Program-made: the position numbers and the translations under genes | The notes under the pieces: generated by a model | Seen by the model: the letters and a program-made list of their open reading frames with translations, nothing else | Database searches by the model: none | What the model was told of the DNA's origin: nothing | In this document: positions 18,270 through 27,655 of the stretch, piece after piece | How the letters are laid out: each line of letters starts with the position of its first letter | How positions within the stretch are numbered: position 1 is the first letter of the stretch | Source of the DNA: Methanothrix sp. | GTDB lineage: Archaea; Halobacteriota; Methanosarcinia; Methanotrichales; Methanotrichaceae | Length of the DNA stretch: 64,000 bases | Direction: 5' to 3' | Assembly: GCA_963682135.1 (NCBI GenBank) | Contig: OY821645.1 | Coordinates: 2,624,001 to 2,688,000, forward strand

Positions 18270-18950
18270 TCACGTCCACCCCAGCATATCTTTCAAGAGT
18301 AGCCTGATCTCGCTTATTCGCATGGCTTTGATCACAGCCAAGACAGGCCAGAGCAGTCTGGCCTCGATCTCGGCTTTGAGCTCTCCCTCCAGCCGCACTC
18401 CCGCAAACCATGGATCGATGGAAATATTGGCTGGAAAGGTGCCAAGCGCCGATGCCAAGAACCAGAGATATCCGCTGACAATAGCAGTCTGGGCGGGATC
18501 GTCCAGGCCAAAGCATAAGCGACAAGAGCTCTTCTTAAAGTGAATTGACTTGAGAAGGTCCCAGAGAATTTTCGCCAGTGCAGGAGCGACATTAATCATA
18601 GATTTAATACTGGGAGAGCGGATGGTATCTTTCGTCTCACCTTCAGTCTCACTATCATTCTTTATCTTAATTCTCTCATCGACGGCTCGCTCCTCTTTTC
18701 CGGCCTCTTCTTTCTGGATGGAGGCCAGCAATTCGTCGGCAGACTGGGGCGAAATCTCCACCTTTCTCAAAGTTAGCCCTAGCCACGCCAGCTTAATACT
18801 AACCCACACCAGTGGTCCCTTCTTGCCGACATTCAGGGAGAGGTTGAAGGGAGCGAGGAGAAGGATGGCCAAAATAATTATTAAAAGCAAAATAAACATA
18901 ACTGGAATAGATATATGGGGAATAAATATGGCAGGATAAGAAAACAGCAT
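18270..18950 (-). CDS. DUF2953 (YtfI-like) membrane-anchored protein
   Basis: N-terminal TM; FGLDDPAQTA...G motif. Confidence 0.75.
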   Translation of the reverse strand: MLFSYPAIFIPHISIPVMFILLLIIILAILLLAPFNLSLNVGKKGPLVWVSIKLAWLGLTLRKVEISPQSADELLASIQKEEAGKEERAVDERIKIKNDSETEGETKDTIRSPSIKSMINVAPALAKILWDLLKSIHFKKSSCRLCFGLDDPAQTAIVSGYLWFLASALGTFPANISIDPWFAGVRLEGELKAEIEARLLWPVLAVIKAMRISEIRLLLKDMLGWT

Positions 18951-18972
18951 TCCTAAAGCCTCCAGCTGGCAG

Positions 18973-19383
18973 CTATTCTACCTTGATGGCAGCCATATCA
19001 TCTATTCTCTTCTCTTGCATCTTCTTGTGGCTCATCATCTCCATAAGATCATAAGCGATCTCGGATAATGATTCCCCCGGCGGCGACAGGGGGATAACCT
19101 TTACGCCTTCCGGGCCAGGGATTCCTTTGAATATGATCAGAACAGCGAAGGGGAAGACCCCCACCCCCCCACCTGTTGCATGCCTCGCCAAGGCTTCTTC
19201 TTTCATATCTTCTTCTTTCGCATTCGCGCCCGTCTGGTTCGTGTTGGTGCCAAAGCCCATGCCCATCTTGGCGATGGGTATGATGATCTTATCTTCCAGC
19301 TCTATCGGTCCGCAAATTAATTGAGCCGAGAGTGCCTTGAATAGTTCATCATGTGCGGCTCCATTGGCATCAACGCCTGGCAT
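18973..19383 (-). CDS. GerW/YtfJ-family protein
   Basis: GPIELEDKIIIPIAKMGMGFG...GGGVGV.P.AVLII. Confidence 0.78.
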   Translation of the reverse strand: MPGVDANGAAHDELFKALSAQLICGPIELEDKIIIPIAKMGMGFGTNTNQTGANAKEEDMKEEALARHATGGGVGVFPFAVLIIFKGIPGPEGVKVIPLSPPGESLSEIAYDLMEMMSHKKMQEKRIDDMAAIKVE

Positions 19384-19460
19384 CTATATCTCCTTTTATA
19401 ACTATAGCCACTTTATATATACATTTTTCTGCCAGAAAAGAAATCACAAAGAATAAGCCC

Positions 19461-19886
19461 CTAATATTTTCCTAATAATTTTGCTAAGCTTGCGTGCATG
19501 GTGTGGATACTCAGGCCGCAACCAAGATACATCATGGGGCATTTTCCAATGATGCACTGCATTTGCAGTTGTGCACATCTCTGTTTAGCCTGAACTGTCT
19601 CTGTCCTCCAGTGAATCCAGCATTTCTTAATGCCCATCCTATTTAGTTCAACGATTGCATTCTCTGTCTTTTCCGGTTTCACCCCGATTATAGCACAATC
19701 GAGATCTTTCGGAAGATCCAGGATGCTTCGCTTCGTCCCTTGTTCCGGGCTATCCGACAGATCAACAACATGAACTATCTTTCCTCTCCGTATCAATTCG
19801 TTTATCGTCAATTTCATGGCCGGTTTGGTCTTATCTGTGACAACGGCAAAGCTGTTATTCTCCCAGAATGACTCCTGCTCCAACAT
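19461..19886 (-). CDS. CoA-binding domain protein
   Basis: FAVV, DLP..LD..IIGV.PE, GIKKCW, CPMMY. Confidence 0.7.
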   Translation of the reverse strand: MLEQESFWENNSFAVVTDKTKPAMKLTINELIRRGKIVHVVDLSDSPEQGTKRSILDLPKDLDCAIIGVKPEKTENAIVELNRMGIKKCWIHWRTETVQAKQRCAQLQMQCIIGKCPMMYLGCGLSIHTMHASLAKLLGKY

Positions 19887-19956
19887 ACACTATCACTTCG
19901 GTAATTCCATTGTGGGCTCAAAGTATAAAAATAAGGCCGCAGATGACTATGAGATA

Positions 19957-20844
19957 ATGCAGATTACAGATCACATTCATGCCCTGAAGATCCCTTTTCA
20001 GATAACCGATCCTTCTGGCAGGAGAATTGACAGATTCGTTTACGCCTTTCTTATTTACGGGGAAGAGATTTGCCTTATCGACAGCGGCGTAGCCGGATCT
20101 GAGAAATACATTGTGGAATATCTGAAAAGAACCGGCAGAAGCCCGCATGATATCTCCGTGCTCATCCTAACTCATGCTCATCCTGATCATATTGGGTCCG
20201 CCGCCGCCCTCAAACGCATCTGTGGTTGCACTGTGGCCGCTCACGCAGCAGAAAAGGCATGGATCGAGGATGTAGAGTTGCAGGCAAAGGTGCGGCCCGT
20301 TCCCGGCTTTTTCTCTCTGGTGGGCGGCTCGGTCCAGGTCGACCGCGTACTGAAAGAGGGAGATGTCCTGCATCTGGAGAGCGGCCCTTCTTTGCAGGTA
20401 CTGCACACGCCCGGCCACTCTTCCGGCTCCCTCTCCCTGTGGATGGCAGAAGAGGGCGCTCTCTTCACGGCAGATGCGGTTCCCATTGCCGGAGATATGC
20501 CCATTTATCAGGACATCCTGGCATCCGTCCGATCAGTGCAGAGGCTTTCTTCAATTCCGGAGGTCAAGCACCTTCTGGCTGCCTGGGATGAGCCGCGCTC
20601 TGGTAGCGAAGCCTACCACATCATGGATGAAGGGCTGCAATATCTGCAGCGTATCCACAGCAGCGTTCTCAAGGCAGCAAGAGAAAATCCAGCACTGCTG
20701 GAGCAGGACTTTATGCAGCTATGCAGACAAGTTTTAGTTGGGCTAGGCCTGCCACCGGTCATGGCCAATCCTCTGGTAGCCTCATCTTTTCAGGCCAGCT
20801 TAAGAGAGGAGATGCGAGAACAACAGGATCTCCTGAGAATCTGA
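19957..20844 (+). CDS. MBL-fold metallo-hydrolase
   Basis: LTHAHPDHIG, TPGHSSG; ATG 19957. Confidence 0.88.
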   Translation: MQITDHIHALKIPFQITDPSGRRIDRFVYAFLIYGEEICLIDSGVAGSEKYIVEYLKRTGRSPHDISVLILTHAHPDHIGSAAALKRICGCTVAAHAAEKAWIEDVELQAKVRPVPGFFSLVGGSVQVDRVLKEGDVLHLESGPSLQVLHTPGHSSGSLSLWMAEEGALFTADAVPIAGDMPIYQDILASVRSVQRLSSIPEVKHLLAAWDEPRSGSEAYHIMDEGLQYLQRIHSSVLKAARENPALLEQDFMQLCRQVLVGLGLPPVMANPLVASSFQASLREEMREQQDLLRI

Positions 20845-20873
20845 GCGGAGGAAGAGAAAGAGGAAGAAGTCAC

Positions 20874-21230
20874 ATGAATCCGACATACGAAGATGAGGCG
20901 AGAATAATCTGGCTCAAGGATCATGATGCTCTGGCCAGGATGATTTACGTGCGGGAGAGATGGTTGCTCTGCTCCCTTCGCACTGGTCCTGTCAAGGCTC
21001 CTCCTGATGAGATTCTCATCGGCTATGCGGTATTGAAGAAGACTGCAATTAGAGCTGAAGACGCGGGATTTTACAGAAGGATCTTCATCCTGCACGCAGA
21101 GGAAGGAGTCTGCGATCCCAAAGGAGTCTGTCGGGATAGTCTGCCGCCTGATGCAGTCGATCCGCTGCTGGTGGAGGCAGGAAAGACCAGCCCAAGGCTT
21201 GACAGAGCAGGATATGGACATAAGACATAG
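20874..21230 (+). CDS. DUF6009-like protein
   Basis: E..IIWL.D....YVRE...IGYAVL...FYRRIF.L....DP.G......P.DAVDP pattern recalled for this family. Confidence 0.55.
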   Translation: MNPTYEDEARIIWLKDHDALARMIYVRERWLLCSLRTGPVKAPPDEILIGYAVLKKTAIRAEDAGFYRRIFILHAEEGVCDPKGVCRDSLPPDAVDPLLVEAGKTSPRLDRAGYGHKT

Positions 21231-21309
21231 ACCATCTAGGTCATCTTTAACCGCAAAGATCAAAACCTGCCCACACTATGATAAAAAACAGACCACAGGG
21301 AGTCAAGAT

Positions 21310-22380
21310 ATGCCCATTAAGCTACGCATTGCCACCTTCAACCTCATGAACCTGGACGACCGGCGCGACCGTTACCCCAGCTTAGAGGAGCGTATACCCA
21401 TCCTGCGACCCCAGCTGGTTCGACTGGATGCGGACATTCTCTGTCTGCAGGAGGTCTGCGGCCAGCATAAAGGCAGCAGAAAGGTGCGCTTGGATGCCAT
21501 GGACCGCCTCCTGGAATGCACGCCTTACGAAGGCTACAAGAAAGTCAACACCATCGATCCGGATACAAGAGAGCCCTTTGAGCATCATAATCTGGTCATC
21601 CTCAGCCGATACGATATTGTGGAGCATGACCAGTACCTGCACGAGTATGCCCCCTCTCCTCGCTACAAGAAGGTCACAGCGATTCCAGAGGAGAGCGAGG
21701 CCAGGGAGATCTCCTGGGAGAGGCCCATCTTGCATGCCAAAGTGCGTCTTGCCAACAACATGGTGGTGGATGTGATCAACCTGCATCTCAAGAGCCGCAG
21801 GCCCACGAATATCCAGGGTCACAAGCTGACACCGAGGACCTGGAAGACGGCTTCCGGCTGGGCGGAGGGCGTTTTTATATCCAGCATGAAACGCATCGGC
21901 CAGTCGCTGGAGACGCGTATTCTCATCGACAATCTGTTCGATGTAGATCCCTGCGCCCTCATCGCCGTCTGCGGGGATTTCAATGAGGAGTTTGATGAGG
22001 TCTCCATTGAAGCCATTCGGGGCGACGTGGAAAACACCGGCAACATGGACCTGTCCATGCGGGTCATGGTTCCCACAGAGAGAAACATACCCGAGCCGGC
22101 GCGCTACTCGCTGCTGCACAACGGCAAGGGAAAGATGCTCGACCACATTTTGGTCTCCAGGACCATGCTGGCCTATTTCAAGGGCTCAGAGGTTCATAAT
22201 GAGCTTTTGCACGATGAGTCTATTGTCTTCGCCTCCAAGATATTCTATCCTGAGTCGGACCACGCTCCGGTGATCGCCCGCTTCGAGATGCCGGATACGA
22301 AGATCAAATGGGCTGGTGAGGCGGAAGGGGGCGAGAAGAGTATCAGTTGCATAAAGGGGGAGAAGGGGGATTGCCAGTAG
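21310..22380 (+). CDS. Endonuclease/exonuclease/phosphatase (EEP) family protein
   Basis: IATFNL.N, DILCLQEV, HLKS, CGDFN, LDHILVS, SDHAP. Confidence 0.9.
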   Translation: MPIKLRIATFNLMNLDDRRDRYPSLEERIPILRPQLVRLDADILCLQEVCGQHKGSRKVRLDAMDRLLECTPYEGYKKVNTIDPDTREPFEHHNLVILSRYDIVEHDQYLHEYAPSPRYKKVTAIPEESEAREISWERPILHAKVRLANNMVVDVINLHLKSRRPTNIQGHKLTPRTWKTASGWAEGVFISSMKRIGQSLETRILIDNLFDVDPCALIAVCGDFNEEFDEVSIEAIRGDVENTGNMDLSMRVMVPTERNIPEPARYSLLHNGKGKMLDHILVSRTMLAYFKGSEVHNELLHDESIVFASKIFYPESDHAPVIARFEMPDTKIKWAGEAEGGEKSISCIKGEKGDCQ

Positions 22381-22967
22381 CGAGGGAATCTTGTGACGAA
22401 GTCTACCAGCCCGCCGAGGACACCTTCCTCCTCCTCAGAGCTGCGCTCTCCGAGGCCGGGCCCGCTGACCGCGTGCTGGAGATCGGCTGCGCCGGTGGCT
22501 TTATCTCCCTGGAGCTGGGGCCAAAGGTCGCCCGCCTCCTGGCCACCGACATAAATCCCCATGCTGTCCGGGCGGCCAGAGCCAGGGGAATTGAGGTCAT
22601 AAGAGCCGATCTGTTTGGGGGTATCAAAGGAAAGTTCGACCTGATACTCTTCAACGCACCATATCTCCCCACCTTGCCGGAAGAGAGAACCGGCCAATGG
22701 ATAGACTATGCTCTGGACGGAGGGGAGAGCGGCAGGCAGACGGTGGATCGTTTTATCAAGGACTTGGCCGGACATCTGAGACCCGGCGGCAGAGCACTGC
22801 TGCTCATATCCAGCCTTACTGGGCTCTCAGAGGTGCAGGGGACGGCTGCTGCTGCCGGGCTGACTGCGGAGGTGGTGGCAGAGGAAGGATGCTTCTTCGA
22901 GCGGCTTTATGTTCTCCGGCTGGGGACCATTGGCTCTTCATTTGGATCCGGATCAGGAGCAACATAG
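22371..22967 (+). CDS. HemK2/MTQ2-family protein methyltransferase
   Basis: VYQPAEDTFLL, LEIGC..G, FNAPYLP, ALDGG. Confidence 0.88.
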   Translation: MPVARESCDEVYQPAEDTFLLLRAALSEAGPADRVLEIGCAGGFISLELGPKVARLLATDINPHAVRAARARGIEVIRADLFGGIKGKFDLILFNAPYLPTLPEERTGQWIDYALDGGESGRQTVDRFIKDLAGHLRPGGRALLLISSLTGLSEVQGTAAAAGLTAEVVAEEGCFFERLYVLRLGTIGSSFGSGSGAT

Positions 22968-23890
22968 CGCGGCATGGCATCAAGCATGCTGACGAGCTTA
23001 TCCAAAACCTCACTCACGCCCTGGCCGGTCTCAGTGGACATTTGCATTATGTCTTTGTCGTCTGCGAATCTCAATATGTCTGCCTTATTGGCTACAACCA
23101 GAACCGGCAGCGTTAGCCATTTCTTGAGATCTTCGGCCAGAGAGAGCTGGGAATCGATAAGATAGCCGCAGTGTTCACTGGGGTCGAGGATATAGAGAAC
23201 CACGCCTTGCAGATGGCTTAGGGCAGCTACCGTCTGCTGCTCAATCTCATTTCTCTCTTCCATGGGCCGGTCAAGCAGTCCAGGCGTATCCACGACCTGA
23301 TACTTTTGCTCTTCCCGCATGAAATGGCCTACAAAGATACCTCTCGTGGTGAATGGATAATTGGCGATCTCGGGCCGGGCTCCCGTGACTTGTACAATGA
23401 AGCTTGACTTGCCCACATTGGGGTAGCCGGCTATGAGAATGGTCGGCACCGCCGGGTCTATGGTCGGCATCTTGCGAAGGTGGTTACGAGCCTCGTTTAA
23501 AAATAGCAGATCTTTCTCAATGGACCTCATTACCGAAGAGTAGCGCCCGAAGGCCGACTTTCGGGCGGGGGTGGTGTCAAGACCCCGAGACCTTCTAATA
23601 GTGCCTACATACTCTTTTGAGATCAGTCTTATCTGTCGGGATGCCCAGCCCAGGCGAGAAAGGCTGATGCGGATCTTATCCACGCCCGCAATTATATCTG
23701 CCATCTCTCTGTAGAAGGGCGGCAGATTTTCAAAGGAGGGGAATTTCTTGATCAGATTGCTGAGATTGTCGGAGAGAATATTGCCGGCGTTTTGCACCAT
23801 GGACTCGTCATCTGTGGCACGAGAGGCACGCCTAAAGGACTTATTTAAAAGCTCTTCTGATGTGGGTACGGTTGGAAGCTGTTCGAACAT
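22907..23890 (-). CDS. NOG1-family GTPase
   Basis: GYPNVGKSS, YPFTT, DTPGLLDRP, NKAD. Confidence 0.92.
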   Translation of the reverse strand: MFEQLPTVPTSEELLNKSFRRASRATDDESMVQNAGNILSDNLSNLIKKFPSFENLPPFYREMADIIAGVDKIRISLSRLGWASRQIRLISKEYVGTIRRSRGLDTTPARKSAFGRYSSVMRSIEKDLLFLNEARNHLRKMPTIDPAVPTILIAGYPNVGKSSFIVQVTGARPEIANYPFTTRGIFVGHFMREEQKYQVVDTPGLLDRPMEERNEIEQQTVAALSHLQGVVLYILDPSEHCGYLIDSQLSLAEDLKKWLTLPVLVVANKADILRFADDKDIMQMSTETGQGVSEVLDKLVSMLDAMPRYVAPDPDPNEEPMVPSRRT

Positions 23891-24016
23891 TATATAACTG
23901 GTTACAGGACTAGGGTGATAAACCTTTAGGCGGATACCGCCTGAAAATAGACATTTATAAATGGTTTTCGGAATGCTTATATATCAGTTCTGCATCTATA
24001 TAGATGAGGTGGCCTC

Positions 24017-24301
24017 TTGAAGAGATTAGGCACCGCTCTTCATGTTGTACAGAATAAATTGATTCTCCAAAGCGAGCAGACTGTTGGAAGCGAGACCAAT
24101 ATCCCCAGAACCAATTCCTGGGTTGTGGATCAGAAGAGGACCAGAGTCGGAAAGGTTTTCGATATATTCGGCCCCATTAATCATCCGTACATCATTGTTC
24201 GACCAAATAGAGGTGTAGATGCCGCTGCCCACGTCGGAAAGAAGCTCTATATCGACGAGGCGCCGGGGAGAGATAGCAAGTGGAAGAGATTGAGAAGCTG
24301 A
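24017..24301 (+). CDS. gar1: H/ACA RNP protein Gar1
   Basis: [20 protein letters not shown]; upstream of tfb. Confidence 0.88.
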   Translation: MKRLGTALHVVQNKLILQSEQTVGSETNIPRTNSWVVDQKRTRVGKVFDIFGPINHPYIIVRPNRGVDAAAHVGKKLYIDEAPGRDSKWKRLRS

Positions 24302-25293
24302 GAGAGATAGAGAGGGCGGAGCCGGAAAAGCTCAAGGAAAGGACCCGGCTCAAGCGCGAGAAAGAGAAGGTAGACGAGTTCGAGAAGTTCACAGTGGAGT
24401 GTCCGGAGTGCAAGAGCCACACCCTTGTGCGCGACTATGAGCGCGCCGAGCTGGTCTGCTCAGATTGCGGTCTGGTCATCGACGAGAACTTCATCGACCA
24501 GGGGCCGGAGTGGAGAGCATTCGACCACGACCAGCGCATGAAGAGGTCCAGGGTTGGAGCGCCCATGACCTACACCATCCACGATAAGGGCCTCTCCACC
24601 ATGATCGACTGGAGGAACAGGGACTCCTACGGCAAGACCATATCCTCCAAGAACCGCGCCCAACTGTACCGTCTGAGAAAGTGGCAGCGGCGCATCAGGG
24701 TCAGCAATGCCACCGAGAGAAACCTGGCATTCGCTCTTTCGGAATTGGATAGGATGGCGTCTGCCCTTGGTCTTTCCAGAAACGTGCGAGAGACGGCAGC
24801 CGTTGTCTACAGAAAAGCCGTGGACAAGAACCTCATTCGCGGGCGGAGCATTGAGGGGGTGGCCGCAGCAGCGCTTTATGCGGCTTGCCGGCAGTGCAAT
24901 GTGCCCCGCACTCTGGACGAGATTGCAGAGGTTTCCAGGGTTTCTCGAAAGGAGATCGGCAGGACCTATAGATTTGTCTCTCGCGAGCTGGCACTCAAGC
25001 TCATGCCGACAAGCCCCATTGACTACATCCCACGCTTCTGCTCAGGTCTGAATCTGAAGGGCGAGGTGCAGGCCAAGGGAATTGAGATCCTGCGTCAGGC
25101 AGCAGAAAAGGAGCTTACCAGCGGGCGCGGGCCCACGGGCGTGGCAGCTGCCGCAATTTACATCGCTTCAATCCTCTGCGGTGACAGAAGGACGCAGCGC
25201 GAGGTAGCCGATGTGGCGGGTGTGACTGAGGTTACCATCAGGAACCGCTACAAAGAGCTGGCAGAAGAACTGGACATTGAGATAATCCTCTGA
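24280..25293 (+). CDS. tfb: Transcription initiation factor IIB
   Basis: CPEC...CSDCG zinc ribbon, GPEWRAF, cyclin repeats, [13 protein letters not shown]. Confidence 0.97.
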   Translation: MEEIEKLREIERAEPEKLKERTRLKREKEKVDEFEKFTVECPECKSHTLVRDYERAELVCSDCGLVIDENFIDQGPEWRAFDHDQRMKRSRVGAPMTYTIHDKGLSTMIDWRNRDSYGKTISSKNRAQLYRLRKWQRRIRVSNATERNLAFALSELDRMASALGLSRNVRETAAVVYRKAVDKNLIRGRSIEGVAAAALYAACRQCNVPRTLDEIAEVSRVSRKEIGRTYRFVSRELALKLMPTSPIDYIPRFCSGLNLKGEVQAKGIEILRQAAEKELTSGRGPTGVAAAAIYIASILCGDRRTQREVADVAGVTEVTIRNRYKELAEELDIEIIL

Positions 25294-25299
25294 AGACGA

Positions 25300-25340
25300 T
25301 TTTGAATAACTCCGCCGCAAAGCTGCGGAGTTATCCAAAA
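25300..25340. terminator. Inverted repeat between convergent genes
   Basis: TTTTGaATAACTCCGC-cgcaaagct-GCGGAGTTATcCAAAA. Confidence 0.5.
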
Positions 25341-25353
25341 TGACAACTTTTTT

Positions 25354-25953
25354 TCAAATCATATTGACAAACGCAGATGATGTTGCGGCAGATATCAGGA
25401 ACGACAGGCCGATCAGCAAGAATAGGGCGCCGCCCGCTTTGGTAATCACTCTGCGATCGATCCGGCTGGAGAGGTACTTGCCCAGGAATATGGCCATGAT
25501 GGATAGAAGCAATAGCGCAATCATGACGCCGATGAAAACCATTCTGGGATCGTATTCTGTGGCAAAGAGGGCAGAAGCGATCTGGGTCTTATCCCCCCAC
25601 TCAGAGAGGAAGATCATGGAGAATCCAGATGCAAAGGCTCTCTTAGCGGAGAGGTTGCTCTCCTCAACATCTTCCTGACCTCCCTTTAATATCAGTATGC
25701 CAAAGAGGATAAAAACCAATCCGCTGACGAGCTTCACCAGATGTGTGGGAATGACGTCAGTCACCCATGATCCCACCAGTATGGCAATTCCATCCGCCAG
25801 AAGAAATGCCAGCATCACACCCAGGAGAAGTCGAAAGTATTCACGTGTTCGGGAAGAGAGCAGCAGAATGGACAGCTGCGTCTTGTCACCCATCTCAGCC
25901 AGCCCGACGGCCAGCAGCGGAATTATGATCTCATCAAGCGCGATTGCAGACAC
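25354..25953 (-). CDS. TMEM165/GDT1 (UPF0016) Mn/Ca transporter
   Basis: Two ExGDKTQ motifs. Confidence 0.92.
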   Translation of the reverse strand: MSAIALDEIIIPLLAVGLAEMGDKTQLSILLLSSRTREYFRLLLGVMLAFLLADGIAILVGSWVTDVIPTHLVKLVSGLVFILFGILILKGGQEDVEESNLSAKRAFASGFSMIFLSEWGDKTQIASALFATEYDPRMVFIGVMIALLLLSIMAIFLGKYLSSRIDRRVITKAGGALFLLIGLSFLISAATSSAFVNMI

Positions 25954-26068
25954 CTTTTGCCTGGTAAATTCAGGATTCTACAGGTCTGGTTGGCATTAAT
26001 AACTGTTGCGTCGCTTCACCGATTCGATAAATTCCCAATCAAGAATATGCTAAAGTTATACTGATTAG

Positions 26069-26872
26069 AATCTCTGGTCTCCCGGAGATGAGATCAAGCA
26101 AGCGAAAGACCAAATGGAGGTCCCCAAAAAGGCCTTAGAAGACTCCAATTTGAAGGTAACGGTAAGGGCGGAGATCGCGGAAGAGACACCTGAATATGTG
26201 GTAATCAGACATGTAGCCAGGGAGGAAAATGTCTCGCTCGTGGTGATGGGGGCGAGGGGAAGAAGCATGTGGCAGGGCCTGCTCTTAGGCAGCGTCTCCA
26301 GCGGCGTTCTTCGCTATGGCGACAAAGACCTTCTCATCATGCGCTATAGGACTTTGGACGAGGAAAAAGAAGAACTGGGAAAATTCTGCTCGCGCATTTT
26401 CGAGAACGTCTTGACACCTACCGATTTCTCACCCGCAGGAAATGCAGCAATCCAGAAGATAAAAGAGGCGAAGCTCACAAACAATGTACTGCTGCTCAAT
26501 GTTGTGGCCAAGGGAGAAAAACAATCCCAGTTGGATGCGTCTCTGAAGATTGCACACGAAAAGCTAGATGAGATGAAGGCAGATCTTGCCGCAGCCGGAA
26601 TTAGCGCCAGAGCATTAGCAGTGTCCGCAGCAGCTGAAGAGCCAAGAACCTATGGCTCAGGCGGCATGGTCAAAGTAGAACCTACTCACATGGCAGCAGT
26701 AGGTGGAGTTGTCGATAGGATCCTTTCCGTAGCGGAGACGGAAGAAGCTTCCTTGATTGCATTGGGCTCTCATGGTAAGGGTTGGCTGGATGAAGTTGCC
26801 ATTGGCAGCGTAGTATCCGATGTGGCCAGGATGGGGCAGCGGCCCGTGCTCGTTGTCAGATCCAAGAAATAA
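26069..26872 (+). pseudogene. Tandem universal stress protein, 5'-truncated
   Basis: Second USP domain complete (VLTPTDFS...GSHG...GSV); first lacks its PTDFS N-terminus; in-frame stop at 26066-26068. Confidence 0.6.
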
Positions 26873-26905
26873 ATATGCCATAATTTCCAACTTTTTTAAG
26901 AATAT

Positions 26906-27238
26906 CTAGTCAAAGCTATCCATGGCCTCTTTAAGATTATGATGTATGGAAAATATATTCGAGAGGCCCGATATATCCAATATATTTCTGACAACAGGTT
27001 GAAGTGATACTAGCCTCATTTCGCCATTTTTTGTCTTCAAGATCTTGAGGGCCGCAATGAAGACACGCAAACCTGAACTGCTTATGTACTCCGTATCGGA
27101 TAGATCAAAGATCATTCTGGAATTATTGCACATTGATTTATTGAGAAATATCTCAAGATCACTTGCAGATATTACGTCAACTCTTCCGGAGATCGCTATT
27201 AACTGGATATTATTGAGATTTTTTTCAGTTATCTTCAT
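26906..27238 (-). CDS. STAS-domain anti-anti-sigma-factor-like protein
   Basis: ISGRVD, DLS..EYISSSGLR, ILDISGL. Confidence 0.9.
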   Translation of the reverse strand: MKITEKNLNNIQLIAISGRVDVISASDLEIFLNKSMCNNSRMIFDLSDTEYISSSGLRVFIAALKILKTKNGEMRLVSLQPVVRNILDISGLSNIFSIHHNLKEAMDSFD

Positions 27239-27265
27239 AAATTTAGTCCTAATTTTTTAATTCTT

Positions 27266-27619
27266 TTAACGCGAGACTTCAACTAACGTCAGACTCTGAA
27301 ATGCAGCTTCATCCGTAGGAAATATCTGAAACATCTTATCTAATCCTGTTATCTTAAATATATTTTGCACAAAAGGCTGCAGAGATACAAGCGGAATCGA
27401 TCCCTGATTCTGTTTCTGTCCCTTTAAAGCTGCTAACAGAACCCTTAACCCTACACTGCTGATATAGTCCACTTCCGCCAAATTAATGATTATCTTCTCT
27501 TTTCTTTCCTCAATTGCTTCTTTCAGTTTAGCCTCTAAATCCTTGGAGGTAATCGTATCGATCCTTCCTGAGATTGAGATAATATGGACATCTTCTATTA
27601 TTTTCTCAGTAATTTGCAT
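27266..27619 (-). CDS. STAS-domain anti-anti-sigma-factor-like protein
   Basis: ISGRID, VDYISSVGLR, IFKITGL. Confidence 0.9.
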   Translation of the reverse strand: MQITEKIIEDVHIISISGRIDTITSKDLEAKLKEAIEERKEKIIINLAEVDYISSVGLRVLLAALKGQKQNQGSIPLVSLQPFVQNIFKITGLDKMFQIFPTDEAAFQSLTLVEVSR

Positions 27620-27655
27620 CGGCTCGCCATCCTTTCAGACTCTGTTTCTAGACAT

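Noticed and set aside
20862-20875. 14-nt match GGAAGAAGTCACAT to the right-end junction of IS copy 1
   Set aside because: No hairpin upstream; a purine-rich RBS region, probably chance
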